64,000 bases of DNA. Origin: Candidatus Roizmanbacteria bacterium RIFCSPHIGHO2_12_FULL_37_23. Its GTDB lineage: Bacteria; Patescibacteriota; Microgenomatia; UBA1406; HO2-37-13b. The notes under the pieces are model-generated. The model was not told the origin of the DNA, ran no database searches, and saw nothing but the letters and a program-made list of their open reading frames with translations. Each line of letters starts with the position of its first letter. Within the stretch, counting starts at the first letter, position 1. The translations under genes and the position numbers were made by a program. The DNA lies in NCBI GenBank assembly GCA_001788095.1, contig MFZX01000009.1:185-64184 (forward strand), given 5' to 3'. Of the stretch, positions 33,708 through 43,014 are shown piece after piece.

Positions 33708-35595
33708 TACATTTATCGTATAACTTATACATATATCCGTAATATGTCGATGGATCATAACGTACAGTTTTTTTCGCTACTCTTTCTCCTTTTTCTATTT
33801 GTTTTCTTGCTTTTTCACATCGGCCGAGTTTAATATAAGAATCCGCAATCTGGAAATACGTATCCGAGTATTCAGTATCAAGACGAAGAGCTTCTTGATA
33901 GTGTCTTAGCGCATTTTCAGGATCATCTGCTCTTAAATACATGTTCCCTATACGTATTCGTCCATTACGATAAAAATCTAAAACATTAGCTAACATGAGG
34001 TTTCTATAAGAACTTAAACTCCCCTTTAAGGGATCTTGATATGTTTGCCAAACGCGCTCTGAACGTTTTAGCAGCTCGTCTTCGTCTGGTATATCTTTTT
34101 CTTTATAAAATTTATAAATCAGACCTTGCGGTATCCAATACGACTTTTCAATGTATGTAGGAAAATTATCGGTAGAATAAATAGGAACTGCACCATAATT
34201 ACGCTCTATAAAATCACTTATGACAATAGAAGGATCCGTCCTCTGTGGTGTTTTAACCTTGGGATAGTATTTCTCAATAATCTTGTTGAATTCACCATTG
34301 TAGAGTTTGATAACATGCACCGGTACTCTATCTTTATATGTATCATATGTAAAATAAACATATTGTGTATTAAATATAAGCGTGTCTGCTTGTAGAAGAA
34401 TTATTGAATTGGGTTCAGTTGTTTTCAATACATCCTCTCCTATTCGTTCAGCAGTTCGATCGAATTTTAAAATAGACAATTTTGGATAATTGATATAAAA
34501 AAGTGAAAGAGGTATAACAAAGAAGAATATAATAATAAGCTGCGCAGTTTTTAGGTATCTTTGAGCAAAATGTAATACTGAATGTATTCCATATCCAATC
34601 CAAAGAGTAATAAATATGTATGACGGAAGCAGAAAACGCTCCATGGTAGCAAGAGTGAAATCAGAAGTTATGATATATGATGCGTAAAAAAAGAATAATG
34701 GCCCTACAGAGAGGAATCCTATTAGAAAGTACCAAAAAATAGCTTTCTTATCGCGATAAAGACCAATATTACCGATAAGGCTAAGAGCCAGACCGATGTA
34801 AGTAAAATCAGTAATATAGAATTCGAGAATTATAGGAAACTGGAGGAGTCGCGATTGCAAAGTCTGGGCATAATGTATGGCTGCCTGAAATGTTCCGTAT
34901 TGAGCTCGTGTTACGAGTTGTATGAAGCCAGTTAAAGTTGTTGGGTCATTCCAAACGATATAAGGTACTGACAGTGCTGATATATAAGCCCAAATATAGG
35001 GTATAAGGCCGAGAATGAAGAAACCCATAAGACGAATCGACATGGTTTTCTGTACTGGAAGATGTTTTTTATGGTGCCATAGTAGAGAAATGATTGCTGG
35101 TGCAAGAAAAATAATGATATGATGATGAGCGAGTCCAAGTCCAAATAGTAATGCGCCAGTATATAGATACCTTACTTGATAGTTAATGCTCCAAATATAT
35201 AGCGCATACAATAAAGAAATAGATATCGCCAAGTGTAGAGCGAATACTTCGGGCACTATACTATATAACCAGAATATATATGTACAAGCTAGAATCGCTG
35301 TTGTGATAAGAGAGATACTTATAGATTTCGTTAATTTTTTAATAAAAAGGAACAAAATAGAAAGCGCTAATGCTGAAGGAATTGACGAGAGCAATCCTAT
35401 TCGCCATGCTACAGTACTTATAGGAATTTTTGATATAAGAAATCCAAGAAAAGAGTATAGAGGATAGCCTGGAGGATGAGCAATTCCACCTACAAATGCT
35501 GCTGAAACAAGATCACCCGCATCACCTCCGTATATGCTTGTACTTTGAAAATATCCGAAGAAGATTGAATAAAGGATGAAAACGAAAAAACCCAT
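33622..35595 (-). CDS. DUF2723 (TMEM260-like) membrane glycosyltransferase-like protein with C-terminal TPR repeats
   Basis: GGDAGDLVSAAFVGGIAHPPGYPLY signature near the N-terminus, more than 10 TM segments, and a TPR-like C-terminus. Start moved to ATG 35595, because the track start at 35625 lies inside the pilin terminator hairpin. Confidence 0.7.
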   Translation of the reverse strand: MGFFVFILYSIFFGYFQSTSIYGGDAGDLVSAAFVGGIAHPPGYPLYSFLGFLISKIPISTVAWRIGLLSSIPSALALSILFLFIKKLTKSISISLITTAILACTYIFWLYSIVPEVFALHLAISISLLYALYIWSINYQVRYLYTGALLFGLGLAHHHIIIFLAPAIISLLWHHKKHLPVQKTMSIRLMGFFILGLIPYIWAYISALSVPYIVWNDPTTLTGFIQLVTRAQYGTFQAAIHYAQTLQSRLLQFPIILEFYITDFTYIGLALSLIGNIGLYRDKKAIFWYFLIGFLSVGPLFFFYASYIITSDFTLATMERFLLPSYIFITLWIGYGIHSVLHFAQRYLKTAQLIIIFFFVIPLSLFYINYPKLSILKFDRTAERIGEDVLKTTEPNSIILLQADTLIFNTQYVYFTYDTYKDRVPVHVIKLYNGEFNKIIEKYYPKVKTPQRTDPSIVISDFIERNYGAVPIYSTDNFPTYIEKSYWIPQGLIYKFYKEKDIPDEDELLKRSERVWQTYQDPLKGSLSSYRNLMLANVLDFYRNGRIRIGNMYLRADDPENALRHYQEALRLDTEYSDTYFQIADSYIKLGRCEKARKQIEKGERVAKKTVRYDPSTYYGYMYKLYDKCIKDEQEAEKWKKRYEKKIKEEETLLKEL

Positions 35596-35609
35596 TGGAC
35601 GATTATAAC

Positions 35610-35637
35610 AAAAAACCCGCTGCAAAGCGGGTTTTTT
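35610..35637 (-). terminator. intrinsic terminator downstream of the major pilin gene (symmetric A6-CCCGC...GCGGG-T6 hairpin)
   Basis: Plus strand aaaaaacccgctgcaaagcgggtttttt. On the minus strand this reads AAAAAACCCGC-TTTGCA-GCGGGTTTTTT, 24 nt after the pilin stop. Confidence 0.8.
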
Positions 35638-35661
35638 GTATTTAATAGCTAAGTGACTACA

Positions 35662-36189
35662 TCAGAATCCGCATGTCGGTCCACCTGTGCTCGAGTAAAC
35701 CTCAAAGTAATTGTTTATCACACCATCTGATGTGAGCTTTCCAGCATTTGCTGAGGACTCCATTCTTGCACATACGTTGTATCTAAGATTGTTATCCATT
35801 TGAATCTGGTATCCTAAAGCTCCGGTTTGGATTGTACCATCACTTAGAGTATATTCCCCATCTCTATTTACAGGGTCAATTGATACAGTGTTGGCATATT
35901 TACATAAATCTAGCCCATGCCATCCTCCGGTACCACATTGGTTATTTCCGCCAGTACTAAAGGCGCTCATAGCTGTGAGAGAGCTTATATTATCTCCAAT
36001 GTACTGTTCTACAATACCTTGTAAGGTACCTAGTTCCTTAAGCCTTTGAGCGTCTCGTGATCTTTTTTGGGCCTCGGCTGGGTTTATGGTAATAAGCGCT
36101 ATCACAGCGAGAATTGCAATAAGCGCAACAACTATCAAAATTTCTACAAGAGTAAAACCTTTTTGAACCTTCATAAGTTTTTTCAACAT
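35662..36189 (-). CDS. type IV major pilin (prepilin-type N-terminal cleavage/methylation domain)
   Basis: MLKKLMKVQKG|FTLVEILIVVALIAILAVIAL class III signal peptide with Glu5. Four Cys in the C-terminal globular part. Has its own promoter and terminator. Confidence 0.9.
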   Translation of the reverse strand: MLKKLMKVQKGFTLVEILIVVALIAILAVIALITINPAEAQKRSRDAQRLKELGTLQGIVEQYIGDNISSLTAMSAFSTGGNNQCGTGGWHGLDLCKYANTVSIDPVNRDGEYTLSDGTIQTGALGYQIQMDNNLRYNVCARMESSANAGKLTSDGVINNYFEVYSSTGGPTCGF

Positions 36190-36226
36190 AATGATATATT
36201 AAATATAATTTTTAACCCTTTGTATC

Positions 36227-36256
36227 ATAATAGTCTATTTTTTAAACATTTGTCAA
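36227..36256 (-). promoter_or_regulatory. sigma70-like promoter for the major pilin (TTGACA-N18-TATTAT)
   Basis: Minus strand: TTGACA at 36256..36251, 18-nt spacer, TATTAT at 36232..36227. Confidence 0.5.
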
Positions 36257-36285
36257 GTACTATTTAACAGCAGGAATGAGTAGTT

Positions 36286-37485
36286 TTAAAACGATGAAGA
36301 AAGGCTAAATATAGGAGTAATAACGGCTATAACGACAAATCCTACACCAATTCCAAGTACAATGAGTATCGCAGGCTCTATGAGCGTTGTGAGTGCTTTA
36401 ATCGCAATTTCAGACTCACTCTCGAAGTAATTTGCTAAATGTCCTAGTGTCTCGTCAAGATGTCCCGTTTGTTCTCCAACAGAAGTCATCTGGACGAGAA
36501 TTGGAGGAAATATACCAGTTTCGTCAAGCGATCTACCTAATGTTTCTCCCTTTTCTATATTAAGACGTATATTCCTGAGTGCTTCCTGATAGATAACATT
36601 ACTTGTTGTTTCTGTAATAATATCAAGAGCTTCTAATATTGAAACACCGGCTCCTATAAGAATGGAGAGGGTACGTGTAGTATCAACAAGTGCCGAAATT
36701 TTTATAACCTTATTGATGAGTGGAACTCTTAACATGATTTGATCGATGAATTTACGTCCAATCCTTGACCGATAATAGCGAAAAAACAAGGAAATTGAAG
36801 CAAAAAAACCTATAATTACCAAAAGCCAGAATTTTTGAAAGAAATCTGAAACTGCTATGAGAAAAATAGTTGGTGGAGGAAGTTCTACATCGAAATCCTT
36901 ATATATTTCCAGTAGCTTTGGAATTACAAAAGTTATCATGATAAACATAACGACCAACATCGCAAGAATAACTACAGCAGGATAAACCATTGCGCTTTTA
37001 ATTTTGCTCCTAAATGTTCGTTGTTGTTCGAGGTTACTAGAAAGTTTATTCAATATTTCATCAAGTTTTCCTGATGCCTCACCTGCTTTTACAAGCGAAA
37101 TATAGAGATTATTGAAAAGTTGTGGATGTCTTTTAAGTGCGTTGGAAAAGCTCATACCAGCTCTTACATCATCATCGATTTCATAAATGAGCTTAGCATA
37201 TGCAGTTTTTTTCGTCTGTTTTTTTAAAATATCAAGAGAGTCAATAATCGTTAATCCAGAATTCAACATGATAGAAAGCTGACGTGTAAAATCAACGATA
37301 TCTGTAAAACTTACTTTACTAAAAATAGATCGAAAGGAATCGAAGATAGGCTTAGATTTCGAGCCGATGCTCAATATAACAACGTTACTGGATCGAAGAT
37401 ATGCTATCGCTTTTTCCTCGCTTTCAGCTTCAATTATCCCACTGACTGTTTTACCTTCTTTTATTGCCTTATATTTGTAATTCAC
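36286..37485 (-). CDS. pilC: type IV pilus platform protein PilC (GspF family)
   Basis: 399 aa with a duplicated T2SSF domain architecture and 3 TM segments. Confidence 0.9.
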   Translation of the reverse strand: MNYKYKAIKEGKTVSGIIEAESEEKAIAYLRSSNVVILSIGSKSKPIFDSFRSIFSKVSFTDIVDFTRQLSIMLNSGLTIIDSLDILKKQTKKTAYAKLIYEIDDDVRAGMSFSNALKRHPQLFNNLYISLVKAGEASGKLDEILNKLSSNLEQQRTFRSKIKSAMVYPAVVILAMLVVMFIMITFVIPKLLEIYKDFDVELPPPTIFLIAVSDFFQKFWLLVIIGFFASISLFFRYYRSRIGRKFIDQIMLRVPLINKVIKISALVDTTRTLSILIGAGVSILEALDIITETTSNVIYQEALRNIRLNIEKGETLGRSLDETGIFPPILVQMTSVGEQTGHLDETLGHLANYFESESEIAIKALTTLIEPAILIVLGIGVGFVVIAVITPIFSLSSSF

Positions 37486-37497
37486 AGATAAAAGGAA

Positions 37498-38589
37498 CTA
37501 GCGAATTAATTTTTGAACCTGCTGTGGCCGGATCGCATTGTAGATTGCAGTTTCTCGGGAAATTTTTCCTTCCAGATATAAGCTTGCTAAATATTGTTCC
37601 ATTAACATCATACCTTGATCTGATGAGGTTTCAAGAACGTTGTCTATAAGGTGTGTTTTGTTTTCACGAATAATGGATGAAATAGCTGGATTACTCATAA
37701 GGAGCTCACATGCTGGTATACGCGATTTTTGGTCTATAGTTGGTACTAAGCGCTGAGATATAACTGCTTTTAATGTAGAAGCCAACTGCATGCGGACTTG
37801 GTTCTGCTGGCGTGAAGGAAAAACATCAACAATACGATCAATAGTTTGGGGAACTGAATTAGTGTGCAGCGTAGAAAAAACAAGGTGCCCGGTTTCAGCG
37901 ATAGTAAGAGCTGCTTGAATAGTCTCATAATCTCTCATCTCACCTATAAGTACGACATCAGGGTCTTCTCGAAGGGCTGATTTTAAAGCAATGGACCATG
38001 AATGGGTATCTTGCCCGATCTCTCTTTGTGAAATAATTGATTTTGAAGCTGGATAAAGATATTCGATCGGATCCTCAATAGTAAGAATATGTCGAGCATG
38101 TTTTAAATTAATTTCGTTAATTATCGCTGCTATAGTAGTCGTTTTTCCTTCTCCAGTAGGGCCTGTAACAAGGATAAAACCCTGCTTTAAATCAGTAAAA
38201 TTATGAAGAATAGGAGGTAGGTTTAATGTTTCTAAAGGACTGATTTTTGTTGTAATAAGTCGAAAAGCTCCGGCAAGAGCTCCCCGAATATAGTACATAT
38301 TTATACGAAATCTATATTCATCATAGTTATATCCGAGGTCAAGTTCTTTATTCGTAATTAAATACTCCTTTTTTTCATCGGTTAAGATTGGTAAAAGCAT
38401 TTCTTTAGTAGATTCAGGCGTAAGGACAGGATAAGTTTTTAATGCAAATAACTGTCCATTAACACGTATTGAAGGGTGATAACCAGGAATAATGTGTAAA
38501 TCAGATGCCTTTTTTTCTATTGTAATGTTTAGTAGTTCGGCAATATCCATAGTTTTAGTATACAGTATATCAATTCTCTCAGGCCTCAC
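37498..38589 (-). CDS. pilT: type IV pilus retraction ATPase PilT
   Basis: 363 aa with ASDLHI, Walker A GPTGEGKTT, Asp/His boxes, and the AHLVFSTLHTN-type motif (GHLVFSTLHTNS). Confidence 0.85.
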   Translation of the reverse strand: MRPERIDILYTKTMDIAELLNITIEKKASDLHIIPGYHPSIRVNGQLFALKTYPVLTPESTKEMLLPILTDEKKEYLITNKELDLGYNYDEYRFRINMYYIRGALAGAFRLITTKISPLETLNLPPILHNFTDLKQGFILVTGPTGEGKTTTIAAIINEINLKHARHILTIEDPIEYLYPASKSIISQREIGQDTHSWSIALKSALREDPDVVLIGEMRDYETIQAALTIAETGHLVFSTLHTNSVPQTIDRIVDVFPSRQQNQVRMQLASTLKAVISQRLVPTIDQKSRIPACELLMSNPAISSIIRENKTHLIDNVLETSSDQGMMLMEQYLASLYLEGKISRETAIYNAIRPQQVQKLIR

Positions 38590-40294
38590 AAACTCTAAGT
38601 ACTTCTTCTAATGTTGTTATTCCCTCGAGAGCCTTTAGATAACCATCTTGCTTCATAGTCATTAAACCATCTGCAACAGCTTGATCGAAAATTTCATTGG
38701 CGGTTGAATTTTTTACAATCAACTTGTCAATTGCACGATTCACTTTTACCATTTCAAATATTCCAACTCTTCCATAATATCCTGCATTTGGCCCCAACAC
38801 GCTATCAGGTTTTTTATAGAGTTTAATCTCCTGAGGATTTTTTACATATTGATCAGGCAGGAAATCACCAAGTACTTCCTGAATATTTTGAATGACTTCA
38901 GGTGAAGGGACGTAAGGAATCTTAGCTTCATCAGATACTCTCCTTACGATTCTTTGAGCAACGACAGCATTTAGTACTGATGAGATGAGGAATGGTTCAC
39001 CTCCGAGATCAATTAGACGAGGGATCGCTGTTGCAGCATCATTCGTATGTAGTGTAGAAAAAACAAGATGGCCAGTTAAGGCTGCTTGTAATGCAAGTTG
39101 CGTTGTTTCAGTATCACGAATCTCTCCAACAAGAATAATATTCGGATCTTGTCTTAAAAATGATCTGAGACCCGTGGCAAAAGTGAGTCCTGCCTGCGGA
39201 TTAATTTGAACTTGATTAACTCCTTTGAGTTGATATTCTACAGGATCTTCAATAGTAACAATATTTACAGCAGGATTATTGAGTCGACTCAGAATGGAGT
39301 ACAAAGTAGTAGATTTACCTGATCCTGTTGGGCCTGTAACTAAAACAATTCCGTATGGTTTTTGAATGGCTTCTTCAAGTATTTTAAGCTGGGGTCCTCT
39401 AAGGCCGAGTTCGCCAAGCGTTGGAATTCCCCCTGTTTTTTTAAGTAATCGCAATACAACTTTTTCGCCATTTACTGTTGGAAGAGTAGATACACGCAAA
39501 TCGACCTCTTCCTCACCCATCTTGAAATTAAATCTACCATCCTGAGGTGCTCTTTTTTCATCTATTTTTAATCCTGATAGTATTTTGATACGGGAAACTA
39601 AAGACTCGTGTATCGATCGAGGAAGAGCTAGCTTTTCCTGGAGAATACCATCTATACGGTATCTTATACGAGTACGAGATTCCTGAGGTTCAAGATGGAT
39701 GTCAGAAGCCCTTCCCTTAATTGCATATTCTAGAAGTGTTTTGACAATTTTAGCTATAGGTGCCTCTTTAATGATTTGACCAATTTGTTCTGCATGAATC
39801 GTTTTTACCTGAGGCTCGAATTCCTTAAGAGCCTCAGTTATGTTTGGAGAAAGATTTTGTGTATAAACAACATCGATTGTCTTTTCAAGATCCTCTTTTA
39901 AGCTTAGAACCGGAACAATTCTTTTCCCTGTTTTTTTTTGCAAAAAACCAATCGTTTGTACATCAAAAGGGTCAATCATCGCAATTCTGAGAATATTTTC
40001 TTTATCATTCAGCTCGAAAGGAACCAGGTGATATTTTCGAGCTATTGATTCTGGAACAAGAGCTAATGCCTGAGGAGCAATGGGCATTGTTGCTCCAGTT
40101 ATCCATCCAAGGTTGAAAACGCGTGCTTTAGCCTTGAGAATTTCTTCTCCATCTATATCAGAGTTTTCAATAAGGTATTCATCAATAGGCATTTCTTTTT
40201 GAAGTGAATCAACTTCATATTTTTCAGCTTGTTCCTGTGTGATAATCTTGCTCTCAATCAGTGATTCTAGGAACTGTTTTGTGGGTAATGTCAT
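38579..40294 (-). CDS. pilB: type IV pilus assembly ATPase PilB (GspE family)
   Basis: 571 aa with an N-terminal GSPII-type domain, Walker A GPTGSGKST, and GHLVFSTLHTND. Confidence 0.9.
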   Translation of the reverse strand: MTLPTKQFLESLIESKIITQEQAEKYEVDSLQKEMPIDEYLIENSDIDGEEILKAKARVFNLGWITGATMPIAPQALALVPESIARKYHLVPFELNDKENILRIAMIDPFDVQTIGFLQKKTGKRIVPVLSLKEDLEKTIDVVYTQNLSPNITEALKEFEPQVKTIHAEQIGQIIKEAPIAKIVKTLLEYAIKGRASDIHLEPQESRTRIRYRIDGILQEKLALPRSIHESLVSRIKILSGLKIDEKRAPQDGRFNFKMGEEEVDLRVSTLPTVNGEKVVLRLLKKTGGIPTLGELGLRGPQLKILEEAIQKPYGIVLVTGPTGSGKSTTLYSILSRLNNPAVNIVTIEDPVEYQLKGVNQVQINPQAGLTFATGLRSFLRQDPNIILVGEIRDTETTQLALQAALTGHLVFSTLHTNDAATAIPRLIDLGGEPFLISSVLNAVVAQRIVRRVSDEAKIPYVPSPEVIQNIQEVLGDFLPDQYVKNPQEIKLYKKPDSVLGPNAGYYGRVGIFEMVKVNRAIDKLIVKNSTANEIFDQAVADGLMTMKQDGYLKALEGITTLEEVLRVCEA

Positions 40295-40330
40295 ACATTT
40301 TCACTATAAAGAATTGTATGTTAAAATGCA

Positions 40331-41029
40331 ATGATTCCAACTATGCTCCCTATTTTATTAATATCACGAACCAACAAAGCTCATGAAAAGTTCATTGATG
40401 CATTTATTAAAAAACATGCTATTCATCCATCCGGCATCGTAACAATAGAAAAAGAAAAACAATCTGTATCAATAGAGCAAATCCGAGATATTCAAAAAAT
40501 GCTTAGTAGAAATACTGGCCAGATACAGCTTGTTGTAATACATGACTTTGATACAGCTCGTGAGGAAGCCCAAAACGCATTTCTTAAAACGCTGGAAGAA
40601 AAAAATGATCACACTTTTTTTATCCTTGTCGTTTTTTCAGATACAAAAATATTACCTACGATCTTGTCTAGAGCGCATATCGTGCGAACAGAAAGTGAAG
40701 ATCAAGGCGTTACTATGATACAGAAGCTCGGTCTTCTTAAAAAGACGCTTTCTCTAGAGGAATCTCTTGGGTTGACAGTTCACATAACGAAAGAAAATGC
40801 GCTAGCAACTGTAGATGAATTAATGGTTTATCTTAACAGAGCGCTATTAGCAACACAAGATCGAAAAGGATTTTCCAAGGGCTTCGCTCAAGCGATAGAG
40901 ACAAAGAAATTGATTCTAGAAAACAATACAAATCATGAATATTCACTCGACCAACTTCTCATTACTCTTTTCCATCTCGGTATTTTGCCCACGACTATTG
41001 ACTTACCTGAGGAGAAAGTGATATCCTAA
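40331..41029 (+). CDS. DNA polymerase III delta'-like clamp-loader subunit (no P-loop)
   Basis: 232 aa with AQNAFLKTLEE and LPTILSRAHIV (SRC-type) motifs. Walker A is absent. Confidence 0.55.
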   Translation: MIPTMLPILLISRTNKAHEKFIDAFIKKHAIHPSGIVTIEKEKQSVSIEQIRDIQKMLSRNTGQIQLVVIHDFDTAREEAQNAFLKTLEEKNDHTFFILVVFSDTKILPTILSRAHIVRTESEDQGVTMIQKLGLLKKTLSLEESLGLTVHITKENALATVDELMVYLNRALLATQDRKGFSKGFAQAIETKKLILENNTNHEYSLDQLLITLFHLGILPTTIDLPEEKVIS

Positions 41030-41035
41030 AATATA

Positions 41036-41494
41036 ATGAGGAAATACGCTTCAGAAGGATTCACCTTATTTGAAATGCTTATTGTATTACTTATTCTGAG
41101 TACAATTCTTTCTATCGCAACAGTATCTTTTTTTTCGGTTAGAAGAGACTCTCGCGATAGTCGTAGAAAGACAGATCTTGAAGAAGTAAGATCAGCTTTA
41201 GAGCAGTATAGAAGCAATAATAATATATACCCAACTCCTACAGGTACATTTGGATTACCGTTTGGACAGTCTGGATTAACTGATGACGATGCAAATACTT
41301 ATGTACAATTATTGCCCCAGGACCCGCTTTTTTCTAAAAGGAATTATTATTATCAAACATCTGGTGGCGACTATACACTTTCTACGGAATTGGAAACAGC
41401 TGAACCAACTCCATGCGCTACCCCACCAGGTGGAGATAGTTGTGGATCAGGTCTCGGTTGTAACTACTGCTTAGGATCTTATGGTAAGAAGTAA
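41036..41494 (+). CDS. pilin-like protein (GspG/PulG-like, prepilin-type N-terminus)
   Basis: MRKYASEG|FTLFEMLIVLLIL and the RRKTDLEEVRSALEQY helix. Cys-rich C-terminus. Confidence 0.85.
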   Translation: MRKYASEGFTLFEMLIVLLILSTILSIATVSFFSVRRDSRDSRRKTDLEEVRSALEQYRSNNNIYPTPTGTFGLPFGQSGLTDDDANTYVQLLPQDPLFSKRNYYYQTSGGDYTLSTELETAEPTPCATPPGGDSCGSGLGCNYCLGSYGKK

Positions 41495-41954
41495 GACTTA
41501 TCCCCATTATCAAAAGGGAGTAACATTTATAGAACTCATTATTGTTCTTTCTGTCATTGTGATTTTATCTACGCTTTCACTTTCATCGTACAGGAATTTT
41601 AATGAGGATAGAAAACTTGAACTTGAAGCCCAAAAATTAATAGAAACATTTGAACTTGCCAAGAAAAAAACAATATCAGGAGATAAACCATGTGGTTCCT
41701 TCCAAGGAACATATACAGTAAGCTGGACAATATCGTCCTATACTTTAACACCTGATGGATGTTCTAATCTTATGACCTACCGATTTCCAGGATCAATAGT
41801 ATTAACGACAAATAGTTCTGTTACATTCCAGCCATTTGGAAGAGGTTCAGATGAAGCATCAATTATTATTAAACACGTTAAAAAGAGTGTATGCCGCAAT
41901 GTGACACTAAATGGAGCAGGTACGGCAGATCAGGACATCATAACATGTCCTTGA
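41481..41954 (+). CDS. minor pilin (GspH/FimT-like, prepilin-type N-terminus)
   Basis: ...YQKG|VTFIELIIVLSVIVIL class III signal. 157 aa. Confidence 0.75.
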   Translation: MVRSKTYPHYQKGVTFIELIIVLSVIVILSTLSLSSYRNFNEDRKLELEAQKLIETFELAKKKTISGDKPCGSFQGTYTVSWTISSYTLTPDGCSNLMTYRFPGSIVLTTNSSVTFQPFGRGSDEASIIIKHVKKSVCRNVTLNGAGTADQDIITCP

Positions 41955-41960
41955 TTACGA

Positions 41961-42419
41961 ATGAGTTCTCCTATGAAAAGTAATATATTACAGCGAGGTG
42001 TTACACTTCTTGAAGTTCTCATATTTATAACTATTCTTTCCTTTGTTTTTATAGGAGTTGCAATTACTACAACATCGTCATTACAAAGAACTCAATACAA
42101 CCAACATAAAATTCTTGCTACGCACTATGCAGAAGAACTTGAAGAATGGATGAGAGGAGAAAAAGAGGCTGATTGGACAAGTTTTGTGAATAAATCAGCA
42201 GCACTGCCAGGAAGGATCTATTGTTTTAATAGTACGACCATTGCTTGGCCATCTGTGGGGAATTGTTCTGGTGTGTATGGGTTAGTAAATACATTCAAAA
42301 GAGAAGCCACACTTTCTGGAACTGGTTCTCAGATTACTGTTAATATAAACATAGAATGGCAAGAGGCAAGCAACCTATTTTCTATCCCAATTGATACAGT
42401 TTTTTCTCAATGGGACTAA
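41961..42419 (+). CDS. minor pilin (prepilin-type N-terminus)
   Basis: ...LQRG|VTLLEVLIFITILSFVF class III signal. 152 aa. Confidence 0.75.
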   Translation: MSSPMKSNILQRGVTLLEVLIFITILSFVFIGVAITTTSSLQRTQYNQHKILATHYAEELEEWMRGEKEADWTSFVNKSAALPGRIYCFNSTTIAWPSVGNCSGVYGLVNTFKREATLSGTGSQITVNINIEWQEASNLFSIPIDTVFSQWD

Positions 42420-42426
42420 GCGCAAT

Positions 42427-42975
42427 ATGAAAAGCAAATTACGTGGTTTCACCCTTATTGAGACAATGATAGTACTAAGCATTATCGGGTTAATTATTCC
42501 AGTAATGTTTAGTCTTTTTTTTATAAATCTGCGGTCCCAAACTAAAGTATTAATTTTGCAGGAAGTAAAAAGAAACGGAGATAACTCACTCAATACAATT
42601 GAATCTTTATCAAAACAGTTTGGCGTAAGCTTTCACCAAGCTTCCCCGCCGCTTCGCACCAACGAAGTTTGTGTTACTACGGGTTCGAATTATTCAGCAG
42701 GTAATATTTACATTCTGGATGAAAGTGGAGATTGGTTTTCATTCTATCTAGATAATGGTCGAATCGCTTCAGAAAGCGGTACAACAGGTGTTACATATCT
42801 TACTAATGATAAAGTTGTTGTTTCAAGTTTTAGCCTGACATGCGATCGTCCTATATCAGTATCACCTCCGATAATGTCTATTTCCTTTACGGTAAGCCAA
42901 GTTGGTACTCCAGGGAGACAGGAGGAAGAAGCATCTCTTAATTATCAAACAAAAATAAAACTGAGGTCATATTAG
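42427..42975 (+). CDS. minor pilin (PilW-like, prepilin-type N-terminus)
   Basis: MKSKLRG|FTLIETMIVLSIIGLI. Start set at the internal ATG 42427, just after the previous stop at 42419. Confidence 0.75.
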   Translation: MKSKLRGFTLIETMIVLSIIGLIIPVMFSLFFINLRSQTKVLILQEVKRNGDNSLNTIESLSKQFGVSFHQASPPLRTNEVCVTTGSNYSAGNIYILDESGDWFSFYLDNGRIASESGTTGVTYLTNDKVVVSSFSLTCDRPISVSPPIMSISFTVSQVGTPGRQEEEASLNYQTKIKLRSY

Positions 42976-43014
42976 GTATTGAAAACGAGGCATTAGTGCT
43001 ATAATAGTGCTTAT

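Noticed and set aside
35596-35625. N-terminal 10 codons (MQRVFCYNRP) of the track ORF 33622..35625
   Set aside because: These codons are the pilin terminator hairpin read as protein. The next ATG (35595) starts directly at the hydrophobic N-terminus typical of the family.
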